From positions 16,370,001 to 16,434,000 of the forward strand of contig OZ249436.1 in NCBI GenBank assembly GCA_965235115.1: 64,000 nucleotides of DNA. Reading direction: 5' to 3'. The number at the start of each line of letters is the position of its first letter. Position 1 is the stretch's first letter. A program made the position numbers and the translations under genes. Positions 51,601 through 64,000 of this stretch are shown here, piece by piece. This stretch comes from Laetmonice hystrix. Lineage: Eukaryota. The notes beneath the pieces were generated by a model. It had not been told where the DNA came from. It did not search any database and saw nothing but the letters and a program-made list of their open reading frames with translations.

Positions 51601-54600
51601 TATGCTCTGTGGGAGCAGGGGGGGGGGGGGGGGGGGTCCGGACCCCCTGGACCCCCTGGACACGCGCCTGGTCTGACCTCATTTTGAGAAAATTTGCACG
51701 ATATGACCAGAGAAGATACGCCGAGATTGGCACGCGTAAGATGTCTGCTCTCCTGGCAGACCGACAATTCCGGCGTGCGCGACGGACAGGCGGGCGTTGC
51801 CGTTGGCAGCAAGACTGACTGCATTTTTGGAACTGCCTTCAGCTAGATGGCCTTCCAGAATAGCACGCTGTCGCCCTGTACAGGTATAACTCGGGCCTAT
51901 GCCACATGTACTCGCCCCCCCCCCACTTTCAGGCACTGTTCCACACAGCGAGTGCATGCCCGGGGAGGATGGAGCAGCTCAAACTCGGGAGTTTGGCTTC
52001 AAAAAAGTGTTTCCGCTCTCGACATACTGAAGTGGAAAACTAGCACGACAGCTGAACAGCAACAGGGCTAAAGTTTGATCTGCCTTCCAATTTAGGCTCA
52101 ATCCGCAGAAATGTCAGCCATGAGAAAATTATGCTGACCGTCCTCTCGAAAATCGGAAAAACTAGTACTGACTGCAGGGAAACGGAAGAGCACCTTTAAT
52201 TGGTCTATATTTATGCTCCGGGAGCATGCAGTAAATTAAACTTGAAATGACACCTAGTTTCAATTAAGATTATAATCTCAGAAATAGGTCTGTTATATAC
52301 TCACTCGTCGTCGCCGGAAGAACCTTTAAACTCGTTTATAACCAGGCCGACATCGACATCAATAAGGAAAACTCTCTTGTGGCGACATGAGGCGACGAAC
52401 TGCTGATCGTCAGAGAGGAAAACAACTTGACCTATTTCCTCTCCAACCTCGACTGACTGGACCATGTCACCAGTGGCCACGTCCCAAATCTTGGCCGTCT
52501 TATCGTGGGAACCTGCAGCCGGATCATGGTAACGAGAGGGTCATCTTCTAATGGCTTGTGGAGAAAATACTTCTGGCTTTATCAAGTTATATAATTCTAC
52601 GTGAAAGGGTCAGTGAGGTGTTACTTCCTAATCCAAGCTAAATACCAATGTAATAAAAAGGTGATCAAAAACCTGTAAGGACACTTTCTCCATTCTGTGA
52701 TATGTCAATATCACTCAGCGTTCCTTGATTCGCAGCCAGCTGATACATGAGTTGGCCACCAGGGGGGATGAGAAACCCGCGGTGTGGCAGAAGCGACGGT
52801 TTGACGGGTTTATGGGCTTGGTCGAGTAGCTCTACCAGAAACTGAAAAAAAAACAAAAAAACAAACTTATATCACAATTTAGATTATAGGACGCAAACTT
52901 GGCGTCTGCAATGATTTAATAACAAGGGCCTTATAACCGGCAGCAGCTCTTTGTGTGGGCGCGTGGGTGGGTGTACACATAAGGCCATGCAATGTGTACA
53001 AAACAAATTCAATATACCTACCTCCAACCACGTCACAACGCCGTTGTTATCAGAAAAAGGACTTTGAGGATTTCAGAATGCAAAAGAATCAAGATACCCT
53101 GGCCTGACGGTACCTTGGCCTGACGGTACCTTGGCCTGACGGTACCTTGGCCTGACGGCACCCTGGCCTGACGGCACCTTGGCCTGGCGGTACGTTGGCC
53201 TGGTGGTACCATGGTATTATCAATGTACCTTACTCCGCCTCTGGTGCTGAACCTCGAACGCCTCCAATAGGGAGAGGAGGGGCACGGCTTCTTCCGGCAG
53301 AGATCCGGCATCCAGCATCGCCCGCGCGCTCTCCAGGAGGGACGAGGACCCCGTGCCGTGGATGCGCCCCATCAGCTGGCTCGCCAACTCACAGGGGTCG
53401 AGGGTCAAGGCCTCCTGAGAGAGCTGCAGGCACTCGGTGACAACCTGCAAGTCCTGGTCGGCGGGGAAGGCAGCACGAGCCATCTTCAGATCCTGGAGGA
53501 GAACACTGGAACGATAGCACTGGAGATCGATACCTTGATATCAACCAGTGGGTGGGAGTGAGCTGGGACCTGATATCAACCAGTGGGTGGGAGTGAGCTG
53601 GGGCCTGATATCAACCAGTGGGTGGGAGTGGGCTGGGGCCTGATATCAACCAGTGGGTGGGAGTGGGCTGGGGCCTGATATCAACCAGTGGGTGGGAGTG
53701 AGCTGGGGCCTGATATCAACCAGTTGGTGGGAGTGGGCTGGGGCCTGATATCAACCAGTGGGTGGGAGTGAGCTGGGACCTGATATCAACCAGTGGGTGG
53801 GAGTGAGCTGGGGCCTGATATCAACCAGTGGGTGGGAGTGGGCTGGGGCCTGATATCAACCAGTGGGTGGGAGTGAGCTGGGGCCTGATATCAACCAGTG
53901 GGTGGGAGTGGGCTGGGCCTGATATCAACCAGTGGGTGGGAGTGAGCTGGGGCCTGATATCAACCAGTGGGTGGGAGTGGGCTGGGGCCTGATATCAACC
54001 AGTGGGTGGGAGTGAGCTGGGACCTGATATCAACCAGTGGGTGGGAGTGAGCTGGGGCCTGATATCAACCAGTGGGTGGGAGTGGGCTGGGGCCTGATAT
54101 CAACCAGTGGGTGGGAGTGAGCTGGGGCCTGATATCAACCAGTGGGTGGGAGTGGGCTGGGGCCTGATATCAACCAGTGGGTGGGAGTGAGCTGGGACCT
54201 GATATCAACCAGTGGGTGGGAGTGAGCTGGGGCCTGATATCAACCAGTGGGTGGGAGTGAGCTGGGGCCTGATATCAACAAGTGGGTGGGAGTGGGCTGG
54301 GGCCTGATATCAACCAGTGGGTGGGAGTGGGCTGGGGCCTGATATCAACCAGTGGGTGGGAGTGAGCTGGGGCCTGATATCAACCAGGGGGTGGGAGTGA
54401 GCTGGGGTCTGATATCAACAAGTGGGTGGGAGTGAGCTGGGGCCTGATATCAACCAGTGGGTGGGAGTGAGCTGGGGCCTGATATCAACCAGTGGGTGGG
54501 AGTGAGCTGGGGCCTGATATCAACCAGTGGGTGGGAGTGAGCTGGGGCCTGATATCAACCAGTGGGTGGGAGTGAGCTGGGGCCTGATATCAACCAGTGG

Positions 54601-57600
54601 GTGGGAGTTAGCTGGGGCCTGGTATCAACCAGTGGGTGGGAGTTAGCTGGGGCCTGATATCAACCAGTGGGTGGGAGTGAGCTGGGGCCTGATATCAACC
54701 AGTGGGTGGGAGTGAGCTGGGGCCTGATATCAACCAGTGGGTGGGAGCGGTCCCTGGCCCCTGGGCCAGGCCCATCACCACCACAGTTGCCACCCCGCTC
54801 AATAATCCATACCAACCCTAAAACAAGTCACAGTTAAAACCCAGGACGACAACTTGATCTAGAACAGCAACATATGATATATAACAAAACAAAGAGAATA
54901 CTTACCCATATGAAGTAGCCTCCAACTTTGAAACAAGAAATTCAAAATTGCAGAGCGTTTGTGACTTTAAGGCTGATAATTCGCGTGCCTGCACTAAATG
55001 GTACGGCAGTTGCATCAGTTTCCGTAAGTTAAATGTTCCATTCTCAAATCTCAGTGGTTGCTTGCTTACAAATCGGATCGCCTTTTGCTCCTCTCCTTTC
55101 TTAGTCACGTAGGGCTTGGGTCGTTCTGAAAGATGATGGGCAGTCTCTCGGTAAACCCGATTGTTTGTCACCAACCACATAGAAAATCAGATGTATCTTT
55201 GTGGGAGGTTATGTAATACAAGGTTATGTGAGGGGGCGTGGCGGTTATGTGACGGATATATGACGAGCGTGTGACGGATGTATGACGGGCACATGGCGGG
55301 TGCGTGACGGGTGCATGACGGATGTGTGAAAATTGCATGAATGATGCGTGACGGGTGTGTGACGGGTACATGACGAGTGTGTGACGGGTACATGACGAGT
55401 GTGTGACGGGTACATGACGAGTGTGTGACGGGTACATGACGGGCGCGTGACGGGTGTATGCTGACACCTGAGGGAAACCTCAATTCGTGACACCCCCTGA
55501 ATTACCCTGTTACGGTTTATCTGTCAAATAGAGCATGGCTGTGGTGAGTTGGTGAGTGGTGGTTGGTGGACCAGTAGCGATTCAACTAATGACGAATGGG
55601 GTTAGGGTAAGGGTTAGTGACGAACTGATGGCGGTTAGGGTAAGGGTTAGTGACGAACTGATGGCGGTTAGGGTCAGGGTTAGTGACGAACTGATGGCGG
55701 TTAGGGTCAGGGTTAGTGACGAACTGATGGCGGTTAGGGTCAGGGTTAGTGACGAACTGATGGCGGTTAGGGTCAGGGTTAGTGACGAACTGATGGCGGT
55801 TAGGGTCAGGGTTAGTGACGAACTGATGGCGGTTAGGGTCAGGGTTAGTGACGAACTGATGACGGCGGTTAGGGTCAGGGTTAGTGACGAACTGACGGCG
55901 GTTAGGGTCAGGGTTAGTGACGAACTGATGGCGGTTAAGACGCAGTCGTACGTACATACCTTCTACAATGTGAACCAGAATGAAAGGATAGGATAATATT
56001 ATCACAATGTATACTGCCTGAGTATAATATATACTGCCTGAGTATAATACTGCCTGAGTATAATACTGCCTGAGTATAATACAAATTATACATGAAACTT
56101 CAAAACGTCTTTTTAAACAGATACCATAGTAGAAAACCCCGTTCTCCTTTTTTTCAAACATTCAACAGTCGCGTTCAATCAACGCTTACCTGACCATATT
56201 CCCAGCAGGTACTCGGCAAGGGCGAGGTGGTACTTGAACTGCTCGTCTTCTGTGTCGAGATAACGCGACTCGGCCACTTCAATAAACTGACGGTGATACC
56301 AGTAGATGACCTGAACCCCGTCTACACCCCTGCAATCAACCAATCAACTGAACATGATACCAGTAGATGACCTGAACCCCGTCCACACCCCTGCAATCAA
56401 CCAATCAACTGAACATGATACCAGTAGATGACCTGAACCCCGTCTACACGCCTACAATCAACCAAAGGAACTGAACATGATACCAGTAGATGACCTGAAC
56501 CCCGTCCACACCCCTGCAATCAACCAATCAACTGAACATGATACCAGTAGATGACCTGAACCCCGTCTACACCCCTGCAATCAACCAATCAACCAATCAA
56601 CCAATCAACTGAACATGATACCAGTAGATGACCAATCAACCAATCAACTGAACATGATACCAGTAGGTGACCTGAACCCCGTCCACACCCCTGCAATCAA
56701 CCAATCAACTGAACATGATACCAGTAGATGACCTGAACCCCGTCCACACCCCTGCAATCAACCAATCAACTGAACATGATACCAGTAGGTGACCTGAACC
56801 CCGTCCACACCCCTGCAATCAACCAATCAACTGAACATGATACCAGTAGATGACCTGAACCCCGTCTACACGCCTGCAATCAACCAATCAACTGAACATG
56901 ATACCAGTAGGTGACCTGAACCCCGTCTACACGCCTGCAATCAACCAATCAACTGAACATGATACCAGTAGATGACCTGCACCCCGTCTACACCTCTACA
57001 ATCAACCAATCAACTGAACATGATACAAATAGATGACCTCACCTGTTGACGAGATATTCCTGCAGCTCATTGCGGACCCGGACCCAGAGGAGGGGCGGCA
57101 GTCGCCGTACGGGCGGCATCCAGAACTGGTAGACGTCGTTAAGAACCTGGTCGCTGAGAGAGAGCAGGTCCTCGATCTCGCCCTCTGTGAGGCCGTGGCG
57201 CGCTAAAAACACATCACAACATGTCAGACAGCCCTTTCTTGACCCATCAGGATCTAGTCAAAGAGGTTGAAATTCAAATGACCCCAACCCTCCCCCCCCC
57301 TGCGCCGCGCTGACCATGCCCATACCCAGATCTCCGTGACCCCACCCATGACCCCTGTGACCCCTCCTACCTGCCGTCAAACACCCCAGCGCCGCGCTGA
57401 CCATGATTCTGCCGTGCTGTCTCTCGATCCTCCATAGTAGGTTGTGAATGGTGTCGGTGACTGTGGCCTTCAGCTGCGTTACCCCGACCGGGTCGTACGA
57501 GTGCCAGCGGAGCGCCTCGTCAAAACTAAGCTTCAAGAAGAGCGGTAGGGGACATGAGCTGAAGGTGGCGAGGAGGAGGTCCCGCTGGACGGGCACGAGT

Positions 57601-60600
57601 GTTCGATGGGAGAGCTTCAGCCACTTGTCCACAATACGACTGGCGTCTTCGTCCTGGAGTAAGGGCACCTCGAGGTACGAACTCGGCGACTTGTACCGAC
57701 TCTGAACTCAGAAAACACTTGGGTTGTCAGTGGCCGTCAATGGGCCCACCATGGGTTGTATGTAAGAATCAGTGACCGTCAATGGGCCCACCACGGGTTG
57801 TATGTAAGAATCAGTGGCCGCCAATAGGCCCACCACGGGTTGTAAGAATCAGTGGCCTCAATGGGCCCACCACGGGTTGTAAGAATCAGTGACCGTCAAT
57901 GGGCCCACCACGGGTTGTCAATGGGCCCACCACCAGCCATACCACTATACTACTGCCAGCTGTCGGTGTGGTCTGCTCCACCAGTTTACCCATTATACTG
58001 AAGTATGATCTGTGGGCCAAGCATCTGTTAACCCAGCACCGTCCGGTGTTGCGTTGTCAGGGGCTTTGGTTAACACCATCCACAAAGATCTAAAAATAAG
58101 GCAGACTTACCTTACACTTACGGAAACACCCATACTCCTCCTCAGGTAGGGTAGATAAGATTAGTTTTACGTTTGGTGGCAGTTGTCTTGGTAACCAATG
58201 CAAATGGCGGCCTCCATCTGAGGAGTCGAGCTGGTCGAGGGAGTCGAGGATGACGACGAGAGGTTTGGACCGGGTTGCCAGGGCCAGAAACACTGTGAAA
58301 TCCTCGACTAGACCCTTGAGTTCCTGTGTGAAAAAATACATTCAAACAAGGTGGAACAGTAGCTCAAACAAGTTGGAAAAGTAGGTCCAGCAATGTGGAA
58401 GAGTAGGTCCAGCAAGGTGGAACAGTAGGTCAAACGAGGTGGAACAGTAGGTCCAACAAAGGAGACAAGACGGTCAAACAAATTTAGGGGGTCAAATAGT
58501 CAAACAAAGAGGAACAATATGGAGAAACAATAAGGTCATATAACAGAGGTAAACTGGCGCGACGGGGATATAGACGAAGTTTGAAATGTGACTTCATGTT
58601 ATTCCACAGCCACGGGTAGGTAGAGTAACATGTGACTGAAACGGGTAAGTTGGCTAAAAAGTTACAGACCTTTCTCGGAGTGTATTTTTTCTTGTACACC
58701 TTTGCCAACTGGTAGGAAATGTTGAACAACAACGGGCGTAACGAACTGCTGGCTCTTGTCGTGCCAAGAAACCTTCAAATAAAACGTGGGTATTTTTATG
58801 AAGCAAAGAAACCAAATTAAAAATGTATTAATCTACAGAAGATGGAATCATAGAATGAGTAAAAGTAGCTGGGGAGAGGGTTGTGTGTGCCATGTGTACA
58901 GAGGGTGGGGTTAGACTACTGTGTGTGACATGCGTACAGATATTGGGTCAGACCACTGTGTGTGACATGCGTACAGGAGGTGGGGTTAGACCACTGTGTG
59001 TGCTATGTGTACAGGGAGTGCGGTCAGACCACTGTGTGTGCCATGTGTAGGCCTACAGGGATTGGGTTAGACCACTGTGTGCGCCATGTGTACAGGGATT
59101 GGGTTAGACCACTGTGTGCGCCATGTGTACAGGGATTGGGTTAGACCACTGTGTGCGCCATGTGTACAGGGATTGGGTTAGACCACTGTGTGCGCCATGT
59201 GAACAGGGATTGGGTTAGACCACTGTGTGCGCCATGTGTACAGGAGGCAGGGCATTAAACCACTCTGTGCGCCATGCATAGGCCTAAAGGTAGTGGGGTT
59301 ATACCACTGTGTGCGCCATGCCTGGAGAACGGGGTACCCTTACGACTTGACCCATAATTACGACTTGACCCACCTGTAAACGATGGCGGCTCTCCCACCA
59401 AACCAGGTCCAGGCTTCTCTGGCGGCCATGGCGAGAAGCGAGGTTTTGCCGCACCCTGAACTTCCGTAGACAACCAATGGTTCGCTGCTCGACCCTCTGA
59501 CATATCGTTCAATGTCCTGCCCACAGACACAGACACAATGAACCAAGGACCGAGTGTCGGTCTTTATGGAGGGTCAGAATATATGATAATGTCCGAGAGG
59601 GAACCTATTGTCTCACAATTCCGACAGGACTAAACAATAAGGGAGCCAGCTCTGGTAACATCGGTTCTTTCTAATAATTTGTTCTTTTAATAGTTCACCA
59701 TCTTATAGTTTTCGACATATTTTTAAACAGTTTCTCAGAAAACGAACACAGACGGAACTGTAGTCATCATGGTAGGGCCTACCCCCACCAAGAGTTGAAC
59801 CTACCTTTATGATTGACTGCCTTCCACAGAATTTCTGCCATTTACCCCGTGCAAAACTGATATGCTGAACGATTTCATCGTAGAGAATGCCGCCGACCTC
59901 GGCTCGGTGGCGCTGGTCGATGCCGGCCCGAACCATGTGTTTGAGTCGCACCTCGAAGTCCTCACAGAGCCGGTCGATGTACGCACTGTGTTCGGGGTTC
60001 TCAGCCGGGTCGATCCCTGAATCGGGCAGCACGGAGTACAGTCAAGGGGGCAGCACGGAGTACACTATAAGTGGCCAGTAGGGGGCAGCACGAAGTACAG
60101 TAAGGGGCCAGTAGGGGGCAGCAGGGAGTACAGTAAGGGGCCAGTAGGGGGCAGCACGGAGTACACTAAGGGACCAGTAGGGGGCAGCACGGAGTACACT
60201 AAGTGGCCAGTAGGGGGCAGCACGGAGTACAGTGGGGGCCAGCAGGGAGTACAGCAAGCGACCACCAGGATGCAGCACGCAGCTCGGCAAACCGCCGCCA
60301 GGAGGCAGTAGTTTCCAAGTTGTTTCACAGTTACGTCTAAATAGAGAAATGCAGAAACACACTGTATAAAATAACATGTAAACCTACCAGACTCTGTCCA
60401 GGAGACTTGGTAGTCGACAATACACTGGCTGGGGAGTTTGGTGGGAATCTTCTTGTCCCGGAGCTGCTCTAGTAAGGTGTGGGCCTCTGCATTCCCGCTA
60501 GAATCTGACCATAAAAGTTCACAAATCTTACATCGATCTGCTAGATTCTGACCATAAAAGTTCACAAATCTTACATCAATATACCAAGTTCTGACCATAA

Positions 60601-62974
60601 AAGTTCATAAATCTTACATCAACATGCTAGATTCCTTTTGGTTCTTTTTAAATCTTCTTTAAAGTGTTTCACCATAACAATGGTCTTTTAAGCTGCCTTG
60701 TACTTACCAGAATATCGCGACACTGTTTTCGATGGTTGGGCTGTTTCGATGCCTTTGATTTTACGTCTAAACCACAGACAATGGTTGGCCGGATTTCCAG
60801 CCTTGAGAATCCCATGTGCAATCTCACGCTCTGTCACTGATCTCAACAAAGTTTAAAAACAATTCAACCTCAATTTAAAGGATGTATTTGTTTCCAGCAA
60901 TGCATTTGATACTACGTCTTTGTTATGTTTGCGGGATTTAAACACCGCCATGAAATTCGCCACAAAGAATAAAATCGGTATGACCTATTCCATACCACAT
61001 ACATTTCGCCTGTTTTTGGTGTTCGTTCACCTAAAATTCCCACCAACATCCCATGTTTGTGACTGATAGAACATCCCATTCTTGTCTGCCTCCACGCCTC
61101 CCGTCACCGTTTGGAAAGGTAGGCCCCTATAGAGTCTCCGCGCGGTAGCACTTCTTGCTGTATAAATAGGCCCATTAAAAGATCTGTTACTACGAGTCAA
61201 ACATCTCACCTGACATCAGGTACTCGTGCACCCGTTCAGAGGTTTTAAGATTGTTGTGAGCGCCATCTATGAGTATCTCCTGTAAACACTCGAACGTTTT
61301 CCACCATTTGGTGTTGGCGTTCCGTCTGGTGGCCTGGTCACGTGACTGAAACTCGGGGATGATGGCGCTGACCGTCTGCAGAATGTACTCTGGTGGCACG
61401 GCATTATCGTCCTTCAAAAACCACCTGTAACACAAGCCATAAAACATACAAGTCCTTCAAAAACCATCTGTAACACAAGCCATAAAACATAAGTTCTTCA
61501 AAAACCACCTGTAACACAAGCCATAAAGCATACTTAAGTCCTTCAAAAACCACCTGTAACACAAGCCATAAAACATACAAGTCCTTCAAAAACCATCTGT
61601 AACACAAGCCATAAAACATACAAGTCCTTCAAAAACCATCTGTAACACAAGCCATAAAACATAAGTTCTTCAAAAACCACCTGTAACACAAGCCATAAAA
61701 CATACAAGTCCTTCAGAAACCATCTGTAACACAAGCCATAAAACATAAGTCCTTCAAAAACCACCTGTAACACAAGCCATAAAACATAGAATCTACAAGG
61801 GCCAACAAAGCAGGTCAAAGAACAAAATCCATGTCTCTCTTGTGACGGTATCAACGGTATGTGACAATATCTGTGAGATGAGACCTGTTTAAACAAATGT
61901 CTCAGTGATGGTGTCTGCATACCATGGTTGGTGGTATCCGCAGTCTTAAAATATTTGTTTGACGGTATGTCTTAGTGATGGTACTTGTCTAAATAAATGT
62001 CTCAGTGATGGTATCTGTTCAAACAAATATTGTTGTGTGTGAACAACTCGTCTCTGTTTGTCTGATTGAGTCTGATTGTACTTACACATCCAGTAGGGCT
62101 CTCTCCTCCTCTGTCACTCCCTTTGTGATCTGCTCAAACTCGTCCCATGGAATCCGGCGTGGGAAAGGCCGGTACCCATACTTGTGAGACAGGAACGTCT
62201 GCCACAACAACAGAATTAAAGTGGTACCAAAAGTTCCTCAGATACTTACCGTTGAACCACAGGGGTACCATGTTAAAATTTCAGGTTCGAGCGATAAGCG
62301 AAACATGAATTATGTTAGGATTCCGAGATAGGCCTACCCTACCGCCCATCCTCCCGTCCGTAAATACCTGAGGAACTTATGTTGTAACCCTTTAAATTTT
62401 ACCTTCACCGCTTTGCTTCTGCCCGTCTTTGCCCCTGCCCCTGCCTTTTGCTCTGCCCCTTCCCTTTTGTTGCTTTTTTCTGCCCCTGCTTTGTCTGTCT
62501 CATTACTGAGACATGCTTGGGGACCACTGCAGACACTGAGGTCAATCTCTGGCGTGAGACTAAACTGACCACGAAGTTGGGTCCGGTTGAGAGAGCCTGA
62601 CAGGCCTGAAGTTCCCGCATACACAATTCTGTGGTTAGGTGGTCATCCTGCGCCTCCTCCCGAACGCCCCATCGCATGTCCACCACCTGCAATGTCAGAA
62701 TATAGAATTCGTCAAAATGAATCGAACTATTCAATTATCGCTGCAGTCAGTTTTTAAATGTTTAAACCAATACACAGGAGATAAACAAAGTTTTTGATTT
62801 TGTAATGTCACATTATAATAAAATCTGCCGTACATACGATCTTATAGTTGGGCGTGGGTTTGATTTCAACAGTAACACGCCGATCTACCTGAAAGTCATA
62901 TCCCAGATCCTGGCAGAAAGACTTGAGTGCCGGGTAGACACGCTCCATCAGGGCATTTCGCTCATGTTTCGTGT
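42676..62974 (-). CDS. NACHT and WD40 repeat protein (NWD1/NWD2-like), 5'-truncated by the window edge. Exons 62889-62974, 62570-62686, 62086-62198, 61210-61424, 60708-60836, 60388-60504, 59805-60016, 59374-59516, 58670-58772, 58111-58323, 57371-57701, 57043-57202, 56190-56329, 54906-55125, 53229-53505, 52673-52841, 52305-52512, 50005-51212, 49054-49205, ~45440-45686, 45031-45165, 43300-43478, 42886-43030, 42676-42767
   Basis: DUF4062-type 'DTKHERNALMERVYP..FQVVDMRWG..LCMRELQAC..GPNFV.FLSHKYGYRP'; Walker A GSSGCGKTS; Walker B 'VVILDSLDQL'; 'GLTEGEIEDLLSL..PPVRRLPPLLWVR'; 'YWYHRQF'; 'NLRKLMQLPYHL'; WD repeats 'GSHDKTAKIWD' and 'AADNVVRIWD'. Phases are consistent. The acceptor near 45686 is uncertain. 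Confidence 0.9.
44030..44998. repeat. Intronic minisatellite, 74 bp x 13
   Basis: aaaccatcaacggtcatgtactggtgtacataggcaccaggttctacatcaggccggggcccaaacaaacaatg. Confidence 0.95.
45870..46620. repeat. Intronic minisatellite, 65 bp x about 11
   Basis: ggcagtgaccggcgtcacagaacaagtgagagaaacagccccaaggtttgagagagaaagattga. Confidence 0.95.
47041..48079. mobile_element. Non-autonomous TIR element with TATGG...CCATA termini
   Basis: About 36-bp TIR TATGGGGTGCCAAGTGTTACCTTTATAATTTCGTAC. The interior is packed with gacgaaat/atttcgt motifs. No evident TSD. Confidence 0.8.
48440..49090 (-). repeat. Tandem repeat derived from the end of NWD exon 49054-49205, ending in a duplicated donor
   Basis: Minus-strand unit ccacggccaggtgaagttagacca...tatacccc. 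CTCAAG|GTGGGT...cccgtcagacaa occurs at both about 49054 and about 48464. Confidence 0.8.
51424..51670. mobile_element. hAT-like MITE
   Basis: CAGGCGCGTGTGCAGG ... CCTGGACACGCGCCTG. No TSD seen. Confidence 0.6.
53536..54747. repeat. Intronic minisatellite, 35 bp x about 35
   Basis: tgatatcaaccagtgggtgggagtgagctggggcc. Confidence 0.95.
55590..55937. repeat. 33-bp minisatellite containing telomere-like GGTTAGGGTCAGGGTTAG
   Basis: ggttagggtcagggttagtgacgaactgatggc x about 10. An adjacent 22-bp repeat lies at 55250-55455. Confidence 0.9.
56294..57040 (-). repeat. Tandem repeat (about 61 bp, about 11-12 copies) containing the NWD acceptor TTGCAG|GGGTG and the first ~36 nt of the exon
   Basis: Minus-strand unit tgttcagttgattggttgattgcag|gggtgtagacggggttcaggtcatctactggtatca. 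It makes up essentially the whole intron 56330-57042. Confidence 0.93.
58880..59320. repeat. Intronic minisatellite, about 37 bp
   Basis: ttagaccactgtgtgcgccatgtgtacagggattggg. Confidence 0.88.
60022..60245. repeat. 34-bp minisatellite abutting the acceptor at 60017
   Basis: ggcagcacggagtacagtaaggggccagtagggg x about 6. Confidence 0.85.
61409..61788 (-). repeat. Tandem repeat (41-45 bp x 9) containing the NWD acceptor TTACAG|GTGG and exon start
   Basis: Minus-strand unit ttgtatgttttatggcttgtgttacag|gtggtttttgaaggac. Confidence 0.92.
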
Positions 62975-63189
62975 CTGCAAGGGTGTGATCACGTATCAGA
63001 TCTCGGGGAAATAAAATTAATGGGCATCAGGCGCTAATCAGGCCTTGGGGAAATAACGATAATGGTAGTCAGGCCCTTGCCAGGCCCGGAGAAAAAAATG
63101 GGTTCCAGACCTCGGAAAAAATTGATATAAAGCCTTTACCGGACCCGGAGGAAACTGAAAAATAATGGGTATCAGACCCTAGCTTACCT

Positions 63190-63346
63190 GGTGCCCGTCT
63201 CACTAAAGGCTGGTTAATAGCCAGATCGTTAGGTTAACATAGGCGTGAATGGAAGGCTGCTGGTTACTGTAACCAGCAGCCTTCCATTCACTCCTATGTT
63301 AATTTAACGATCTGGTTATTAACCAGCCTTTAGTGAGACGGGCCCC
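63190..63346. mobile_element. Palindromic Harbinger-type MITE (157-bp hairpin)
   Basis: GGTGCCCGTCTCACTAAAGGCTGGTTAATA...TATTAACCAGCCTTTAGTGAGACGGGCCCC. It is self-complementary over its entire length, and its terminus resembles the Harbinger end at 3935. Confidence 0.8.
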
Positions 63347-63554
63347 AGGCCCGGAGAAAATAAAGATAATGGGTATCAGGCCATTATCAGGCCCGAGGAA
63401 TACAGACCCCATGGTAAATAACAAGGGCATAATTTAAAAATGTTACTCTTATGGCGTTATGTCTCCGATAGGCACGGTTCCAACATAATATCGAATCGAT
63501 TCATACAGGGACTATCATGCATAGAGAGATTTATGACTGGTCCTCCCTGTTCGG

Positions 63555-64000
63555 TGCACCGAGGCAGTCTTACATAGTTAATGTGGCCGTACACAGAGGC
63601 AGTCTTACATAGTTAATGTGGCCGTACACCGAGGCAGTCTTACATACACTGAGGCAGTCTGGCATAGTTCTGCACTTTAATAGTTCTGTACCTTATTGTC
63701 ACCTTACACTGAGATAGTCTGACATAGTTCTGCACCTTAATGTGGCCGTGCACTGAGGCAGTCTGACATAGTTCTGTACCTTAATGTGGCCGTGCACTGA
63801 GGCAGTCTGACATAGTTCTGCACCTTAATGTGGCCGTACAGTGCGACAGTCTTACATAGTTCTGTACCTTATTGTCACCTTACACTGAGACAGTCTGACA
63901 TAGTTCTGCACCTTAATGTGGCGGTACACTGAGGCAGTCTTACATAGTTCTGTACCTTAATGTGGCCGTACACTGCGGCAGTCTTATAGTTCTATACATT
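63555..64000. repeat. Intronic minisatellite (about 40-50 bp) running off the window
   Basis: cactgaggcagtctgacatagttctgtaccttaatgtggccgt. Confidence 0.85.

Noticed and set aside
53536..54747. CRISPR-like arrays (this and other 35-37 bp repeats)
   Set aside because: No unique spacers, no cas genes, and a eukaryotic intronic context.
55590..55937. Interstitial telomere or chromosome fusion site
   Set aside because: Only 2-3 degenerate TTAGGG-like hexamers per 33-bp unit, in a single orientation.

Overview
Animal (invertebrate-type) genomic DNA with three intron-rich genes, reconstructed by hand from GT-AG junctions with phase checks. (1) The 3' part of an Amt-family ammonium transporter (+, <1-3555). 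(2) A complete TP53BP1 (53BP1) orthologue (-, 33739-6864, about 36 coding exons, about 2500 aa) with N-terminal SQ motifs, a GAR-like motif, TWO tandem-Tudor modules, a UDR and tandem BRCTs. (3) The 3' part of an NWD1/NWD2-like DUF4062-NACHT-WD40 gene (-, >62974-42676). Introns and intergenic DNA hold many minisatellites, TIR MITEs (some nested), SINE fragments, a Harbinger transposase remnant and an array of tRNA-derived Pol III modules. The most striking pattern is that many minisatellites are tandem copies of an exon-intron junction itself, in all three genes. The extreme case is about 38 copies of a 63-bp unit in TP53BP1 that parses as a 48-nt in-frame SQ-rich pseudo-exon plus a GT..AG spacer. 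The long ORFs over these arrays are repeat artefacts. All gene models are manual and untested against transcripts.
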